From assembly GCA_020627945.1 (NCBI GenBank), contig JAHDFW010000003.1, positions 7,599 to 71,598 of the forward strand: 64,000 bases of DNA, read 5' to 3'. The translations under genes were made by a program, and so were the position numbers. Under the pieces are notes generated by a model. The model had not been told where the DNA came from and did not search any database. It saw only the letters and a program-made list of their open reading frames with translations. Source of the DNA: Cytophagales bacterium (GTDB taxonomy: Bacteria; Bacteroidota; Bacteroidia; Cytophagales; JAHDFW01). This document shows positions 10,528 through 20,739 of the stretch, piece by piece (position 1 is the first letter of the stretch; every line of letters starts with the position of its first letter).

Positions 10528-13500
10528 TTACTCCTTAATAAAGCTTACGTTCTTAGTAGAATTATCGTTCTTCAATTGTAAGTGATAAACACCAGAAGCT
10601 AAACCTGCAAGGTCAATTCTATAATTATTAGTTCCTTCGTTCATTACTTGTCTATCAGAATATACTAGTTTACCTAATGCATTGAAGACCATGATCGAAC
10701 TATTGCTACCTTTCTTAGCCGCGATATTCAACTCTACATAATTACGTGCAGGGTTAGGGAATAACTCAACTTCGAACTCCTTAGTTAATCTAACTTCGAT
10801 AACGTTAGTTGGGTAACCAACTCCATCCTCGTTAACTACAGTTAATCTATAGTAAGAAACTCCAGAGTAAGGTTTAGAATCGATGTAGTCATAATCATAA
10901 GTAGTAAGAGTAGTACCATGACCATCTACTTTACCAATATCCTCCCAATCCTTGTTGTTCTTAGAACGTTGAACGATAAAGTGATCATTCTCATTCTCTG
11001 TTACAGTTCTCCAATCAAGGAATACCGCTTCATTTCTAGTTACACCATTGAATGATAACATATCAACAGCAAGTGGCAATACTGGACCAGTTGCAATTGC
11101 GAACTGAGAGAATCCAGAATAACCAGTTCTACTCGCCACTGCTAAAGTTCCCATAATACCAGCACCTGGTTGATCTAAACTTGATTCAATTACCCATGGC
11201 GCAGCTGTAGGATATGGTGAACTTCCATCTCCGAAAGTGAACACCTTATCACGCTTAACTGCTGTAATAAATGGAGCATCTGGTTCATTATAGTAACGCC
11301 CTTGCAACACTACATTATAAGTTGCTGTACCTGCATCAGGCACTACTGTCCAACTACCATCCTCAGTACTAGAAGTGTGATTAAGCCCATCTCCTGTATT
11401 AGAACCATTATCTAAAATATTTGTTAAACCAAGACCAATTAAAGCTCCAAGCCCTGCAGAATCTTGAGCCGTATTTACATCAAATCTTGCAGTAATATCG
11501 GTCATACCTCCAGATACAGCAGACAAATCCTGTATCGTAAGTATTTGCATAGAAGTATCATATCCTCCAGGCATGTTACCTACTGGATAATCATATGAGT
11601 TACCTGCAACCACAGCTCTTTTAAGGTTACCATTAATATAACAACCTGGGTTAGCTGCGCTGTACTCAATTGCATTTGCATCTGAGTTTCTTACATCAAC
11701 AGTTTTAGTGTTAGTAGCACCCCATTCCATATCAAGTATACCGTTTATCAATCTAAGGCGATCCAATACAACTATGTCTTGATCAGTTGCCGCAGCTGCA
11801 GCAACATATACACGAGCGTCAGCGGCAAATTCATTATCAATTCCTAAATCCCAGAAGAAACCTTCAGCAGCCGCTCTAATACGAACTAATTGCGGAGATG
11901 CAGTTCCCACAAAATTAACTCTACCATGGTTTGTAGCAGCGTAATCATACATCTCTAGTCTACCAGCTTGAATCCAGTTACCACATACATCAAGTGTTGA
12001 TTTAGCATCCATAAATTTCAAGATAGCTGGACCTCCTGCATTTCTCAATATAGAGATTTGTCTACAAGAAGCATTTCTTAATCCATTATAGAACGCTATT
12101 TCACAAGTATTACCTGCAACGATTACTGCATTAGTGTTACATGAAGGTACACAATTTGCAGGAACAACACTCGCTGCTGTTTCAGTCCAGTTTGCTCCAT
12201 CAAACCAATCATGATTACCTGTTAAATCTTTAAAGTACAGGATAGACGTTGAACTAGTTACACAAGCTTCCACTCTAGTAGCTGGTAATGTTTCATCACA
12301 AGATCCAACTTGTGCTGTTACATAATAATCCAAACAAGTACCAGCTGTATCCAAACATGCATCATAAGTAACACCAAGACCAGATTGTGCTAAAGAATCA
12401 TCACTCGTCGCAGCATCATGATACCAATTATAAGTAGTTCCAAATACTGGCTCACTAATACCCAGCGTAATACAACCACTTGCACAAGCCGCAATGTCTG
12501 GTACAACAGGTGTATAATATAAACCATGGTGTTCAACAGAATCTCTAGTTAAACTTGGGCAACCATTTACATCAATTGCTTGAACGTAATACCAAGTATC
12601 TCCTAACAATGTGCTATCTACCTGATAAGAACCAGTCCCAGAACCTAAAAGAGTTCCTCCTGTATTAGCATCATACCATTCATACGTAAACCCAGGTTGA
12701 GGAGTTGCTACATATAGTGTATCAATACCTCCTACACAGTTTGTATCAACTGGTATCGTAGGTGGTGCAACAGGGTTAGCAAAGATGTCTGAGTTGAAGA
12801 ACACAGTATCTAACGGACCACAACATTCTGAAGTAATAACCAACTTAATTGTAAAACGTAAAGTAGTTGTTGTTGAATTAACAAAACTGATATCAGTAGT
12901 AGATGCAGTATCAAACGCAATTGTTGAAGTACCTCCAGTTGGGTCTTGAACGAACCACATGTAAGTATAACCTGGAGTACCTGCGTCAGAAGATGCAAAA
13001 GAGTAAGTACCAGGACAAACATCAGAAGAACCTAAGATTGGTCCAGCAACAGATGCATCTACCTGCATATTAATGAACCCACAGTAATCTACATCTGAAG
13101 TAAGAGTCTTTCTTCCTAAATCACCTAAAGTATAATCAATTTCAATTGGGCTACCAGATAAACTTCCTGATACAATGTTAGCACCATCTAAGTTAGTCCA
13201 GTTAGCACCAGCATTAGTTAAAGTAATATCAGTTGTTGTACATGAGAAGTTATCTACAGTTACAAGCGCGTAACCACTAATTGCATCACTTGACCCTGAT
13301 TCAGAAGAACCACCGTCTTGTGTAAACAGCATACCTGCTCCACCACCAGTACCACCTGTTGCATACATTTCACTACAATCTACAGTACCTCCACCATTAT
13401 CTGGCGCGTAAACCGAGAATGCATCACCAGGACCTCCACAACCAGAAAACACTGTTGCTGAACATGGCGAACCTTCTCCAATACAAATACTAAAAGTTTC

Positions 13501-14583
13501 TGTACAGAATGAACTACCTGCATCATCCGTTTCAGAACCAAAGTATAAAATACCACCACCTGTCAAATCTACTGAAGCAGCTGGTAAAACATAGTTATAT
13601 GGCGGTGTATCATCCGCTGTACCACAAAATAACTCTACAGGTGATGTACAAGTAAGGTTCGTTACTAAAATATCTGGATTACTTTCTAAACCTATCCATC
13701 TATCAATTTCAATATACACATCTTCAGTTGTAGCTGGTAAAACATATGAAGAACGATAAGTAATACCTAAACACGTTCCTGCACCACCAGTTACAGTATA
13801 CATAGTAGAATAAAAACAGTTATCAGGATACATTTGACCATAATTAACTACGGCATCAGTTGTAGAACAAGCTCCAGTACCTCCATTGTTACCGTTAACT
13901 GTTGGGAAAGCCCAGTTAGCTTGATCAGATACTGGAGGAGCACAATCCCACTCAGTAACACTCCATAAATCCAACCAACATTCTCCAGAAGTAGGTCCCC
14001 CTGCAACAATACCTGTTTCATGTAAACCAACGAATCTAGTTTGAGTTGCTCCACCACCTAAATCAGCAGCAGTTGGTGCCCAAACAGCTTGCCATAAACC
14101 ATAAGCATCTGGCTCAATATTAGTAGTCTGCATATGAACCACAGCTGTACCTGTTCCCGGAGTATCAAACTCATCCCAATCTCCATCTGGGTTATTACCT
14201 GTAGCAGGAATAGATGACATTGTAAAATCCGCAGCTGCCGAGTTATCAGATGCATAAATCTCAAACAAGTAAAATTTACCTGCTGTGAATGTTACTGCAG
14301 GTGATGTCGCGTTATACTCTAAATAACGATCACCTCCTTGTTTAACTGCAACACAATGCAAATTTTGCACTAACGAAAACGGGTTTGAGTTATCAATTGT
14401 AACTGTACCTCTGTTAACCGTGATTACTGGCAATGGACCGTTTAATGGTGCATTAGAGGTAGTTCCAGTTCCTTCACTGGCCTCAAAATCCGTTTTATAA
14501 ATAATGGTCTGAGACATTGCTGTCGTGGATGCTAAAGCGAATAGCATCAAACCACTTACTATTTTGGTAAAATTTATTTTCAT
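10528..14583 (-). CDS. Large secreted protein with T9SS type A sorting domain
   Basis: Signal peptide MKINFTKIVSGLMLFALASTTAMSQ. C-terminal ELFPNPARNYVELNIAAKKG...ASGVYHLQLKNDNSTKNVSFIKE. MKINF at 14583 is the likely start rather than 14652. Confidence 0.88.
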   Translation of the reverse strand: MKINFTKIVSGLMLFALASTTAMSQTIIYKTDFEASEGTGTTSNAPLNGPLPVITVNRGTVTIDNSNPFSLVQNLHCVAVKQGGDRYLEYNATSPAVTFTAGKFYLFEIYASDNSAAADFTMSSIPATGNNPDGDWDEFDTPGTGTAVVHMQTTNIEPDAYGLWQAVWAPTAADLGGGATQTRFVGLHETGIVAGGPTSGECWLDLWSVTEWDCAPPVSDQANWAFPTVNGNNGGTGACSTTDAVVNYGQMYPDNCFYSTMYTVTGGAGTCLGITYRSSYVLPATTEDVYIEIDRWIGLESNPDILVTNLTCTSPVELFCGTADDTPPYNYVLPAASVDLTGGGILYFGSETDDAGSSFCTETFSICIGEGSPCSATVFSGCGGPGDAFSVYAPDNGGGTVDCSEMYATGGTGGGAGMLFTQDGGSSESGSSDAISGYALVTVDNFSCTTTDITLTNAGANWTNLDGANIVSGSLSGSPIEIDYTLGDLGRKTLTSDVDYCGFINMQVDASVAGPILGSSDVCPGTYSFASSDAGTPGYTYMWFVQDPTGGTSTIAFDTASTTDISFVNSTTTTLRFTIKLVITSECCGPLDTVFFNSDIFANPVAPPTIPVDTNCVGGIDTLYVATPQPGFTYEWYDANTGGTLLGSGTGSYQVDSTLLGDTWYYVQAIDVNGCPSLTRDSVEHHGLYYTPVVPDIAACASGCITLGISEPVFGTTYNWYHDAATSDDSLAQSGLGVTYDACLDTAGTCLDYYVTAQVGSCDETLPATRVEACVTSSTSILYFKDLTGNHDWFDGANWTETAASVVPANCVPSCNTNAVIVAGNTCEIAFYNGLRNASCRQISILRNAGGPAILKFMDAKSTLDVCGNWIQAGRLEMYDYAATNHGRVNFVGTASPQLVRIRAAAEGFFWDLGIDNEFAADARVYVAAAAATDQDIVVLDRLRLINGILDMEWGATNTKTVDVRNSDANAIEYSAANPGCYINGNLKRAVVAGNSYDYPVGNMPGGYDTSMQILTIQDLSAVSGGMTDITARFDVNTAQDSAGLGALIGLGLTNILDNGSNTGDGLNHTSSTEDGSWTVVPDAGTATYNVVLQGRYYNEPDAPFITAVKRDKVFTFGDGSSPYPTAAPWVIESSLDQPGAGIMGTLAVASRTGYSGFSQFAIATGPVLPLAVDMLSFNGVTRNEAVFLDWRTVTENENDHFIVQRSKNNKDWEDIGKVDGHGTTLTTYDYDYIDSKPYSGVSYYRLTVVNEDGVGYPTNVIEVRLTKEFEVELFPNPARNYVELNIAAKKGSNSSIMVFNALGKLVYSDRQVMNEGTNNYRIDLAGLASGVYHLQLKNDNSTKNVSFIKE

Positions 14584-14623
14584 AATTCTATAAATTTCTA
14601 ACTTCTTAATAATCAAACCTAAT

Positions 14624-17600
14624 TTATTCTGCAGCTGCAACACCACCATCAATATAACAACGAATTATATCATAATTGGTACACCCCGAACCTAAGTTGA
14701 TACCATAGTTGTTCTTTTGTGAACTAACTGCGTGTCCAGCAGGAGCACCTGTTTCAGAACCACCAGGCATTACAATTTTCAAATCTTGGAATCTAAATGC
14801 TTCGGAACCACCAACTACTTTAAACATACTGTAATCAGTACCAGCAACATTTCCATCATCAGCAGTAACATTACTTCTTATAAATCTAGATCCATTACCA
14901 TCACTCATATCAGAAGACTTAGTAGTAAATGTAGCGTCATAACCACCTTCGATAGTTACAAAACCATTCACCCATAAGAACTTATCATAGTTGTAATCAC
15001 CAACCGCACACTTAATAACTGTACTCGTACAAAGAGCTCTTGCTAATGCACTATCTAAAGTAGTTGGTTGATCTTTAGTAAGACCACTGTTAGCACCAAC
15101 TCCAGAAGGAGACACATAAAGTACTTCACAAACTGTTGCAGTAGCTCCTCCAGCAATATTTATTGTAGCATTTGCAGTATTACCTAAACATCCTTCTGGA
15201 ACAGAAGCAACAACTGTGTAAGCTCCGTCAGGTAGATTAACTGTATCTTTCCAACCAAGTGATCCATCGTTTACTGAACCTGCACTCCAAGAGTGAGTAC
15301 ATGTTTGACAAGGCAATCCATTGATTGTTGTAGTTGCGATCAGATCAGTTGTACCTGAACAAATCGTTACGTTATTAGGATCAACAGACGTTACAATTTC
15401 CTCTACAACTTGTACACCAATCGAAGTCTCTCTTAAACATCCTGCGTAATCAGATGTGATAATGTATACTGTAGTCTCAGTTGGGTTTACTGTAAACACA
15501 CCTGTTGTATTTACCTGACCTCCAGGATTAAGTATATAAACCTCGTTTGCTGGCAAACCTGTAGCCGTAATTGTCACCTCTTCACCAGGAGTACAAGCAA
15601 ATGACTTACTAGTAGTTAACTGAAGCTTAGCAATTACGTACTCTATGTCAATATAACCTCCTTCACCAATTATATTACCACACTTATCTGCCAATACTGG
15701 AGATGGGTTAATTGTAACTCTATAATTACCAGATGGAAGAGAACCATCATGCCATAACCAAATTTCGTTAGTCGTTTGTCCAACTTCACCTGTACAACCT
15801 ACACCAGTAGCACTATCAAAAGCAGCTGTATAGTTAAGGTTATCATCATTGTTGAAGATATCAAAATCAGCTAAGTCAATAGATGCACACTGAATTGGCT
15901 CATCTGTGAAAACCACAATTGCATTTTGACCACAAGCAGACTCTCCTCTCCACAATAATGGAGGGATAGTATCAAATACCGATGCTCCAGTAAATGTAAT
16001 AGTAAATCCTTCGTTATCCGCTGTATAGTTATCAACGAATAGAGCAAATGTCTCACCAGCCGTAACATCAAGACCATTCATAATCTTGTTACATCCAGGT
16101 GTTCCTGGCTCTTCCTCAGGAATTGTAGCGTTTGAAGTAGCTACATCCATACCAGTGTTACCAGTAGTACCACAGAAGTTACAACGATCTGGAACAGCAC
16201 CAGGGATACCGTCACAACCATCTTGAGAAATGTTATACAATGCGAAGTCATAATCATTTGCAGTTGCAATATCAAATCCAAATGCACCTGAAGTTTGCAC
16301 CGTAAATATAAACCATAGTGAATTAGACTCATTTACACCGATACAAGTGTTACCAAGTAATTCTTGAGTAAGACCAGGACCTATGTAAGATTCTGTTTGA
16401 GTATACGTTGCGTTACAAATCGCAATACCACCAGAACAATCTTGCTCTGGTCCAGTCAATATACCTGGAGGAATATTACCCTCTTTTAAACAGATATCGA
16501 AATCACCTGTTTCAAGTGGATCTGAACCTACCGCTAAATAATAATTAAGTGTATCAGACAATCTGTCGAAAACATACGTTCCACTATCAGGGTGTTGACA
16601 TTCTGAACCATAAAGTAAACCATAAGTCAAGATAGAATCACATGATCCTGGAGCTGACTTAGGCACACCGATTAACATCAAGTCAACCTCACCAGTAAAT
16701 GTATGGTTACTTATGTTTATTTCCACCATGTTGTTTGCTGTAGAAGCAAGACCGAAACGATACCATACTGTACTGTTACCGGCATTGAAACATCCACCGA
16801 AGGTTTCCGCACGATTCGCACAATTGTTAGTCTGACTAGTTAAACACGTACTATCCGTAGGGATAATCTGAGAAGAACACAAGCTATCATTAGCAGGTGC
16901 ACCACCAGCAAAACATGGATCAACTGATTGATTTAAACAGATATCGAAGTTACCTTCATTACCTGCTTCTGTAGATACTAAGATATAGTACTTAGCAGTT
17001 GAATCTAAACCTCTTAAATTAATTGTATCATTTGTTGCGTTAATACATTCATTGTACACCCAAGCAACAAGCGTGTCACAAGCAGAACCTTCAATAATAC
17101 CAACTCTCAACGTATCATCAGTTACTGTAGTATTAGTAAAGATGATCTCAGCATCGGAAGCATTTCCTGTCAAATCAAACTCATACCATACAGAGTTAGA
17201 GTTTGCATCAATACAACCAATTGTATAATCAGGGAAAGAACATTGGTTCGTTTCACCAGTCAAACAAGCTTGATTAGTTCCTGCAAAGTCTAAAACAGTA
17301 GCATTACAAATACTATCATTAGAAGCTGGAGCTGCAACACATGGATCGAACGACTGCTCAATACATAATCTAAAATCTCCTTGGCTACCTGCAGGTGTAG
17401 AAACCATTAAGTAATAAGTAGTATCAGCTAACAACTGAGTTAAATTAAAAGTATCTGTGTTAGCATTTCCACAATCAGACCATACGAAAGTTGGGTTAGC
17501 GCAAACACTATCCAAAACCATCATTCCAACCTGACCACCTAAGAAAGTGTTTGTATCAAAGCTAATAGCAACTTGGTTGTTTGGTGCTGTTAATGTGAAT

Positions 17601-19966
17601 GTATACCATACTGACATAGAACCAGCAGCAATACAGTTTCCATCTGTATAATCTGCAGTTGCACAAGAGTCAGTTTGTAATGTCGCTTGACAAGCATCCA
17701 TAGTTAATGCAACTGCACTACAAATATCATCATTTGCAGGAGCACCACCTACACAAGCACTTCCAGTTGGAGTAAGACACACATCATAAGTTCCTACATC
17801 CAAAGTAGCTGATCCAATACCAATATAGTATACAGAATCAACTGGAAGGTTATTAAAGTTATATATACCAATAGCTCCACATTCTGCACCAAATGCAGTT
17901 GGATTATTAGGGTATTGACCTACAACAATAATTTCAAAATCACCTCCACTTGAAGAGTTACTTAATGTCAAATCAAAACCATCTTGAAGGTTAGTTAAGT
18001 CTACTGTGTACCACATCATGTGATCTCCTGTAACACATCCACTAGCATAAAAACCGTCTGCAGTAGAACAGGTATTATCTCCAGCTGTAATAGTAGGACA
18101 AGTTGTTAAAGAAACCGCAAATTGAATAGAGTCATTTGGAGGAGGTGTACAACAAGCGGTACAAGGACCACCACAATCTACACCCGTCTCAGCTCCATCC
18201 TGAACTCCGTTTGCACACTTAGTAGCACATGCTTGACATACACCACCACAGTCAATAGAAGTTTCATCTTGGTTTAATATACCATCAAAACAACTTGGAC
18301 CAGCAGTACAAGTATAAGGAATCATTGCTCCAGGACCACACTCGTTAGAAGCAAAACTACCTCCTGAATGACCTACATGAGCTACTTCATCATCCCAAGC
18401 TGCAGAACCAGGAGCAGTACCATTTCTATCCATAACGAATAAACCACCATTAGTAGCGTTCGCATCGATAGTTACATTCTGAAAACCATTTGTTAATGAC
18501 CAATACATGATATCAGATGTTAGAGCAAAGTGACCCAATTGGTGACCGTGTCCAACTTCGTGCATTGCTACACTCTTAAAATCATATTCTGCAGCAGCAG
18601 GAGGACCAGCTGTAAAGTTCCAGTTCTGTCCTGCATCAAATTTAATATCTAAATCACTTACATACCAAGAAAGTCCACTAGCACCGTAGCATCCTGAGTA
18701 ATAAGAATAACATGTTCCAAGCACACCACTTGGTAACGCACAAGTGTTATCAAAAGAAACAATATTTACACCATCTCCCGAAGCTTGACAAGCTACCGTA
18801 GATTGAGTAGCAGCAGTATCCCAGTTAATTCCAGTAGCAGCAGTCCACTCACAAAGTGATTCTCCAAATCTTGCTACAGCATCTTTATTCGAGTAAAAGT
18901 TTGTACTGTACGTCCAAGTATAACCACCAATAGAATTGGTATTCACCATATCAGCAGCATTCTCAACACCTCCACTACCAATGTTCGAAACATTATAAGG
19001 AACTATAATTGGCACAGTAGACGAACCTGTTGTTGCATGTCTTACCTGCACCTGACCAGTTGTTGCACCACTAGGAACCAAACAGATAATTTCTGTATCC
19101 GTCCAAGTAGTAATTAATCCAGCAGGACAGTTAATTGTAGTAGCACCACCATCATCAGCGTTAGGGAATCTTAACTCTCCTTGGTTGGCTCCAAAACCTG
19201 TACCAGTAATTCTAATTTCAGTATAAGTACCCGCAGAAGCAACATTACCACCACCTGCTGTATTAGTAAGCGCTGTAATATTAACTACTCTTTGACCTGC
19301 ACCAGTTTGCTTAATGTAATCGTCAGCAACAAAAGACTTAACTTCAAAGAACCCTCTGTTAGTTACGTTACTCACTTTAATATAAAGATCGTTCACTACA
19401 TCATTATAAGAATCAAACACTCCAACAGCTTTGCGTTGGTAACGATCGTAGTTTACGTATCCCTGAGCAGAACCGTACGCCTCGTATATTGTTTCATTCT
19501 TTGGAATTGGGTTGTAAACCGCCTTCCCTCCATAAATAGACTTAACAGCCTTAGCATGGAAGTTAGGATCGTAATCTTTCAACACAACACCTGACATTTT
19601 AGTAGAGAACATCCCTACTTCACCTGGAACTAATTCCAATGAAGGAGAAACTCTCATCATTTTGTCTCCTACAACACCACCTTGTGTAACAACACTTATG
19701 ACATTTGTATTCAACACTCCTTTAAACACTTTGTAAACTTCAATTTTGTTTACTGTGTAAATAACGCTCTTGTCATGATTCCAATAAGATTTCTGCGCTA
19801 GAATCTTACCTTCCACGACTAAGTCAGAATTAGACACCCTTTCTTGTAGTGAGACCGGGGTCATCATACAACTTTGTGCTTGAGCAATAATTGACATTGA
19901 TAGAATGGCACACCCCATCAATATAGCTTTCAACGATCTCATAGTTTTAAAGTAATTATGATTCAT
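14624..19966 (-). CDS. Giant secreted zinc metalloprotease (matrixin-like) with IPT/TIG domain, repeated C-rich modules and a truncated parallel beta-helix-like C-terminus
   Basis: HEVGHGHQLGHFALTSDIMYW zinc motif with Met-turn; IPT/TIG-like EIRITGTGFGANQGELRF; repeated 'PANDSICNATVLDFAG...VWYEF' modules; C-terminal LYVSPSGVGANSGLTKDQPTTLDSALA (DUF1565/beta-helix-like). Confidence 0.8.
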   Translation of the reverse strand: MNHNYFKTMRSLKAILMGCAILSMSIIAQAQSCMMTPVSLQERVSNSDLVVEGKILAQKSYWNHDKSVIYTVNKIEVYKVFKGVLNTNVISVVTQGGVVGDKMMRVSPSLELVPGEVGMFSTKMSGVVLKDYDPNFHAKAVKSIYGGKAVYNPIPKNETIYEAYGSAQGYVNYDRYQRKAVGVFDSYNDVVNDLYIKVSNVTNRGFFEVKSFVADDYIKQTGAGQRVVNITALTNTAGGGNVASAGTYTEIRITGTGFGANQGELRFPNADDGGATTINCPAGLITTWTDTEIICLVPSGATTGQVQVRHATTGSSTVPIIVPYNVSNIGSGGVENAADMVNTNSIGGYTWTYSTNFYSNKDAVARFGESLCEWTAATGINWDTAATQSTVACQASGDGVNIVSFDNTCALPSGVLGTCYSYYSGCYGASGLSWYVSDLDIKFDAGQNWNFTAGPPAAAEYDFKSVAMHEVGHGHQLGHFALTSDIMYWSLTNGFQNVTIDANATNGGLFVMDRNGTAPGSAAWDDEVAHVGHSGGSFASNECGPGAMIPYTCTAGPSCFDGILNQDETSIDCGGVCQACATKCANGVQDGAETGVDCGGPCTACCTPPPNDSIQFAVSLTTCPTITAGDNTCSTADGFYASGCVTGDHMMWYTVDLTNLQDGFDLTLSNSSSGGDFEIIVVGQYPNNPTAFGAECGAIGIYNFNNLPVDSVYYIGIGSATLDVGTYDVCLTPTGSACVGGAPANDDICSAVALTMDACQATLQTDSCATADYTDGNCIAAGSMSVWYTFTLTAPNNQVAISFDTNTFLGGQVGMMVLDSVCANPTFVWSDCGNANTDTFNLTQLLADTTYYLMVSTPAGSQGDFRLCIEQSFDPCVAAPASNDSICNATVLDFAGTNQACLTGETNQCSFPDYTIGCIDANSNSVWYEFDLTGNASDAEIIFTNTTVTDDTLRVGIIEGSACDTLVAWVYNECINATNDTINLRGLDSTAKYYILVSTEAGNEGNFDICLNQSVDPCFAGGAPANDSLCSSQIIPTDSTCLTSQTNNCANRAETFGGCFNAGNSTVWYRFGLASTANNMVEINISNHTFTGEVDLMLIGVPKSAPGSCDSILTYGLLYGSECQHPDSGTYVFDRLSDTLNYYLAVGSDPLETGDFDICLKEGNIPPGILTGPEQDCSGGIAICNATYTQTESYIGPGLTQELLGNTCIGVNESNSLWFIFTVQTSGAFGFDIATANDYDFALYNISQDGCDGIPGAVPDRCNFCGTTGNTGMDVATSNATIPEEEPGTPGCNKIMNGLDVTAGETFALFVDNYTADNEGFTITFTGASVFDTIPPLLWRGESACGQNAIVVFTDEPIQCASIDLADFDIFNNDDNLNYTAAFDSATGVGCTGEVGQTTNEIWLWHDGSLPSGNYRVTINPSPVLADKCGNIIGEGGYIDIEYVIAKLQLTTSKSFACTPGEEVTITATGLPANEVYILNPGGQVNTTGVFTVNPTETTVYIITSDYAGCLRETSIGVQVVEEIVTSVDPNNVTICSGTTDLIATTTINGLPCQTCTHSWSAGSVNDGSLGWKDTVNLPDGAYTVVASVPEGCLGNTANATINIAGGATATVCEVLYVSPSGVGANSGLTKDQPTTLDSALARALCTSTVIKCAVGDYNYDKFLWVNGFVTIEGGYDATFTTKSSDMSDGNGSRFIRSNVTADDGNVAGTDYSMFKVVGGSEAFRFQDLKIVMPGGSETGAPAGHAVSSQKNNYGINLGSGCTNYDIIRCYIDGGVAAAE

Positions 19967-20046
19967 ATTATAGTTCGTAAATATTATATAAACTCGCTTT
20001 AAGTAAGCAAGTCAAAAAATCAGATTAATTTGTTTGTATTGTTATA

Positions 20047-20391
20047 CTAGTTCGTACCTAAAGTTGGGTCTGCAACCAATTGCTTATCTTCCTGCTTCAC
20101 AGGCTCCCCTACTGGAGAAAGATAAGAAATCTTACCTTGTGTAGTTCTCTTGTCGTTCTGAAACAGCATCCCCTCCTTAGAAGGTTGTGCTTGTTCCACA
20201 ACTACGGAACTTCCCACTTCGATAATCGAATAATTGGTATACTCTACTTTTTTCGATTCTTCTTGCATAGCATTCACTTCTGCAGCTCCAATCTTTTCAG
20301 GAGCCGAAGCAGCCTTATCAGATTGAGCATTCAAGTGCAACCCTAAGAGTAAGAATACAATACCAAACGTTAATTTTTTTAATGTAGCCAT
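20047..20391 (-). CDS. Small predicted exported hypothetical protein
   Basis: Signal-like MATLKKLTFGIVFLLLGLHLNAQ followed by a polar Glu/Lys-rich sequence. No recognised domain. Confidence 0.6.
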   Translation of the reverse strand: MATLKKLTFGIVFLLLGLHLNAQSDKAASAPEKIGAAEVNAMQEESKKVEYTNYSIIEVGSSVVVEQAQPSKEGMLFQNDKRTTQGKISYLSPVGEPVKQEDKQLVADPTLGTN

Positions 20392-20442
20392 GTCGTCCAT
20401 TTTAAAACTGTTTTGCAATAAAATCTAAATTCAGGTCAATTA

Positions 20443-20450
20443 CAAATGTA
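20443..20450 (-). promoter_or_regulatory. Possible Bacteroidota -7 element upstream of the small exported protein
   Basis: TACATTTG on the minus strand (caaatgta on plus) matches TAnnTTTG, about 50 nt upstream of the start. No clear -33 TTTG was found. Confidence 0.3.
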
Positions 20451-20674
20451 TAAAGTCCTTTTTTTAAAGTCTTGGATTATTTAAATATTTAATTGAATTA
20501 TTGAGTGCTATTTTAGCATTAGCCGTTCGCTAATAAATACTTCCGTAATCCTTAACTTCTTGTTATTTGCCTTCGTATATACTGGGGGTCAGAAAAAGGT
20601 AACCCAATATTTCACATTTTTTCCAGATTTTTCAAAATTCAACCTTATCACCCTTTACATGTAATAAAAAATAG

Positions 20675-20682
20675 TACATTTG
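20675..20682 (+). promoter_or_regulatory. Possible Bacteroidota -7 promoter element upstream of the NhaD-like gene
   Basis: TACATTTG matches TAnnTTTG, 57 nt before the ATG. The upstream TTTA is only a weak -33 candidate. Confidence 0.4.
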
Positions 20683-20739
20683 TCGGGTTAGTATAGAATG
20701 CATTTGTATTCGTTTTTTGTTATAACATAAGTTTAAACG

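Noticed and set aside
12810-14264. Small minus-strand ORFs (70, 69 and 68 aa) inside the T9SS protein gene
   Set aside because: Alternative-frame artefacts with low-complexity Leu/Val/Gln content.
14732-14977. Plus-strand 81-aa ORF antisense to the metalloprotease gene
   Set aside because: Ser/Thr-rich shadow translation of the opposite strand, with no signal or domain features.
15871-16332. Small minus-strand ORFs (69 and 63 aa) inside the giant metalloprotease gene
   Set aside because: Overlapping out-of-frame, Leu/His-rich translations of a strongly supported long CDS.
20080-20346. Plus-strand 88-aa ORF opposite the small exported protein
   Set aside because: No start-site support or recognisable features. 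The opposite frame has a credible signal peptide and a promoter-like element.
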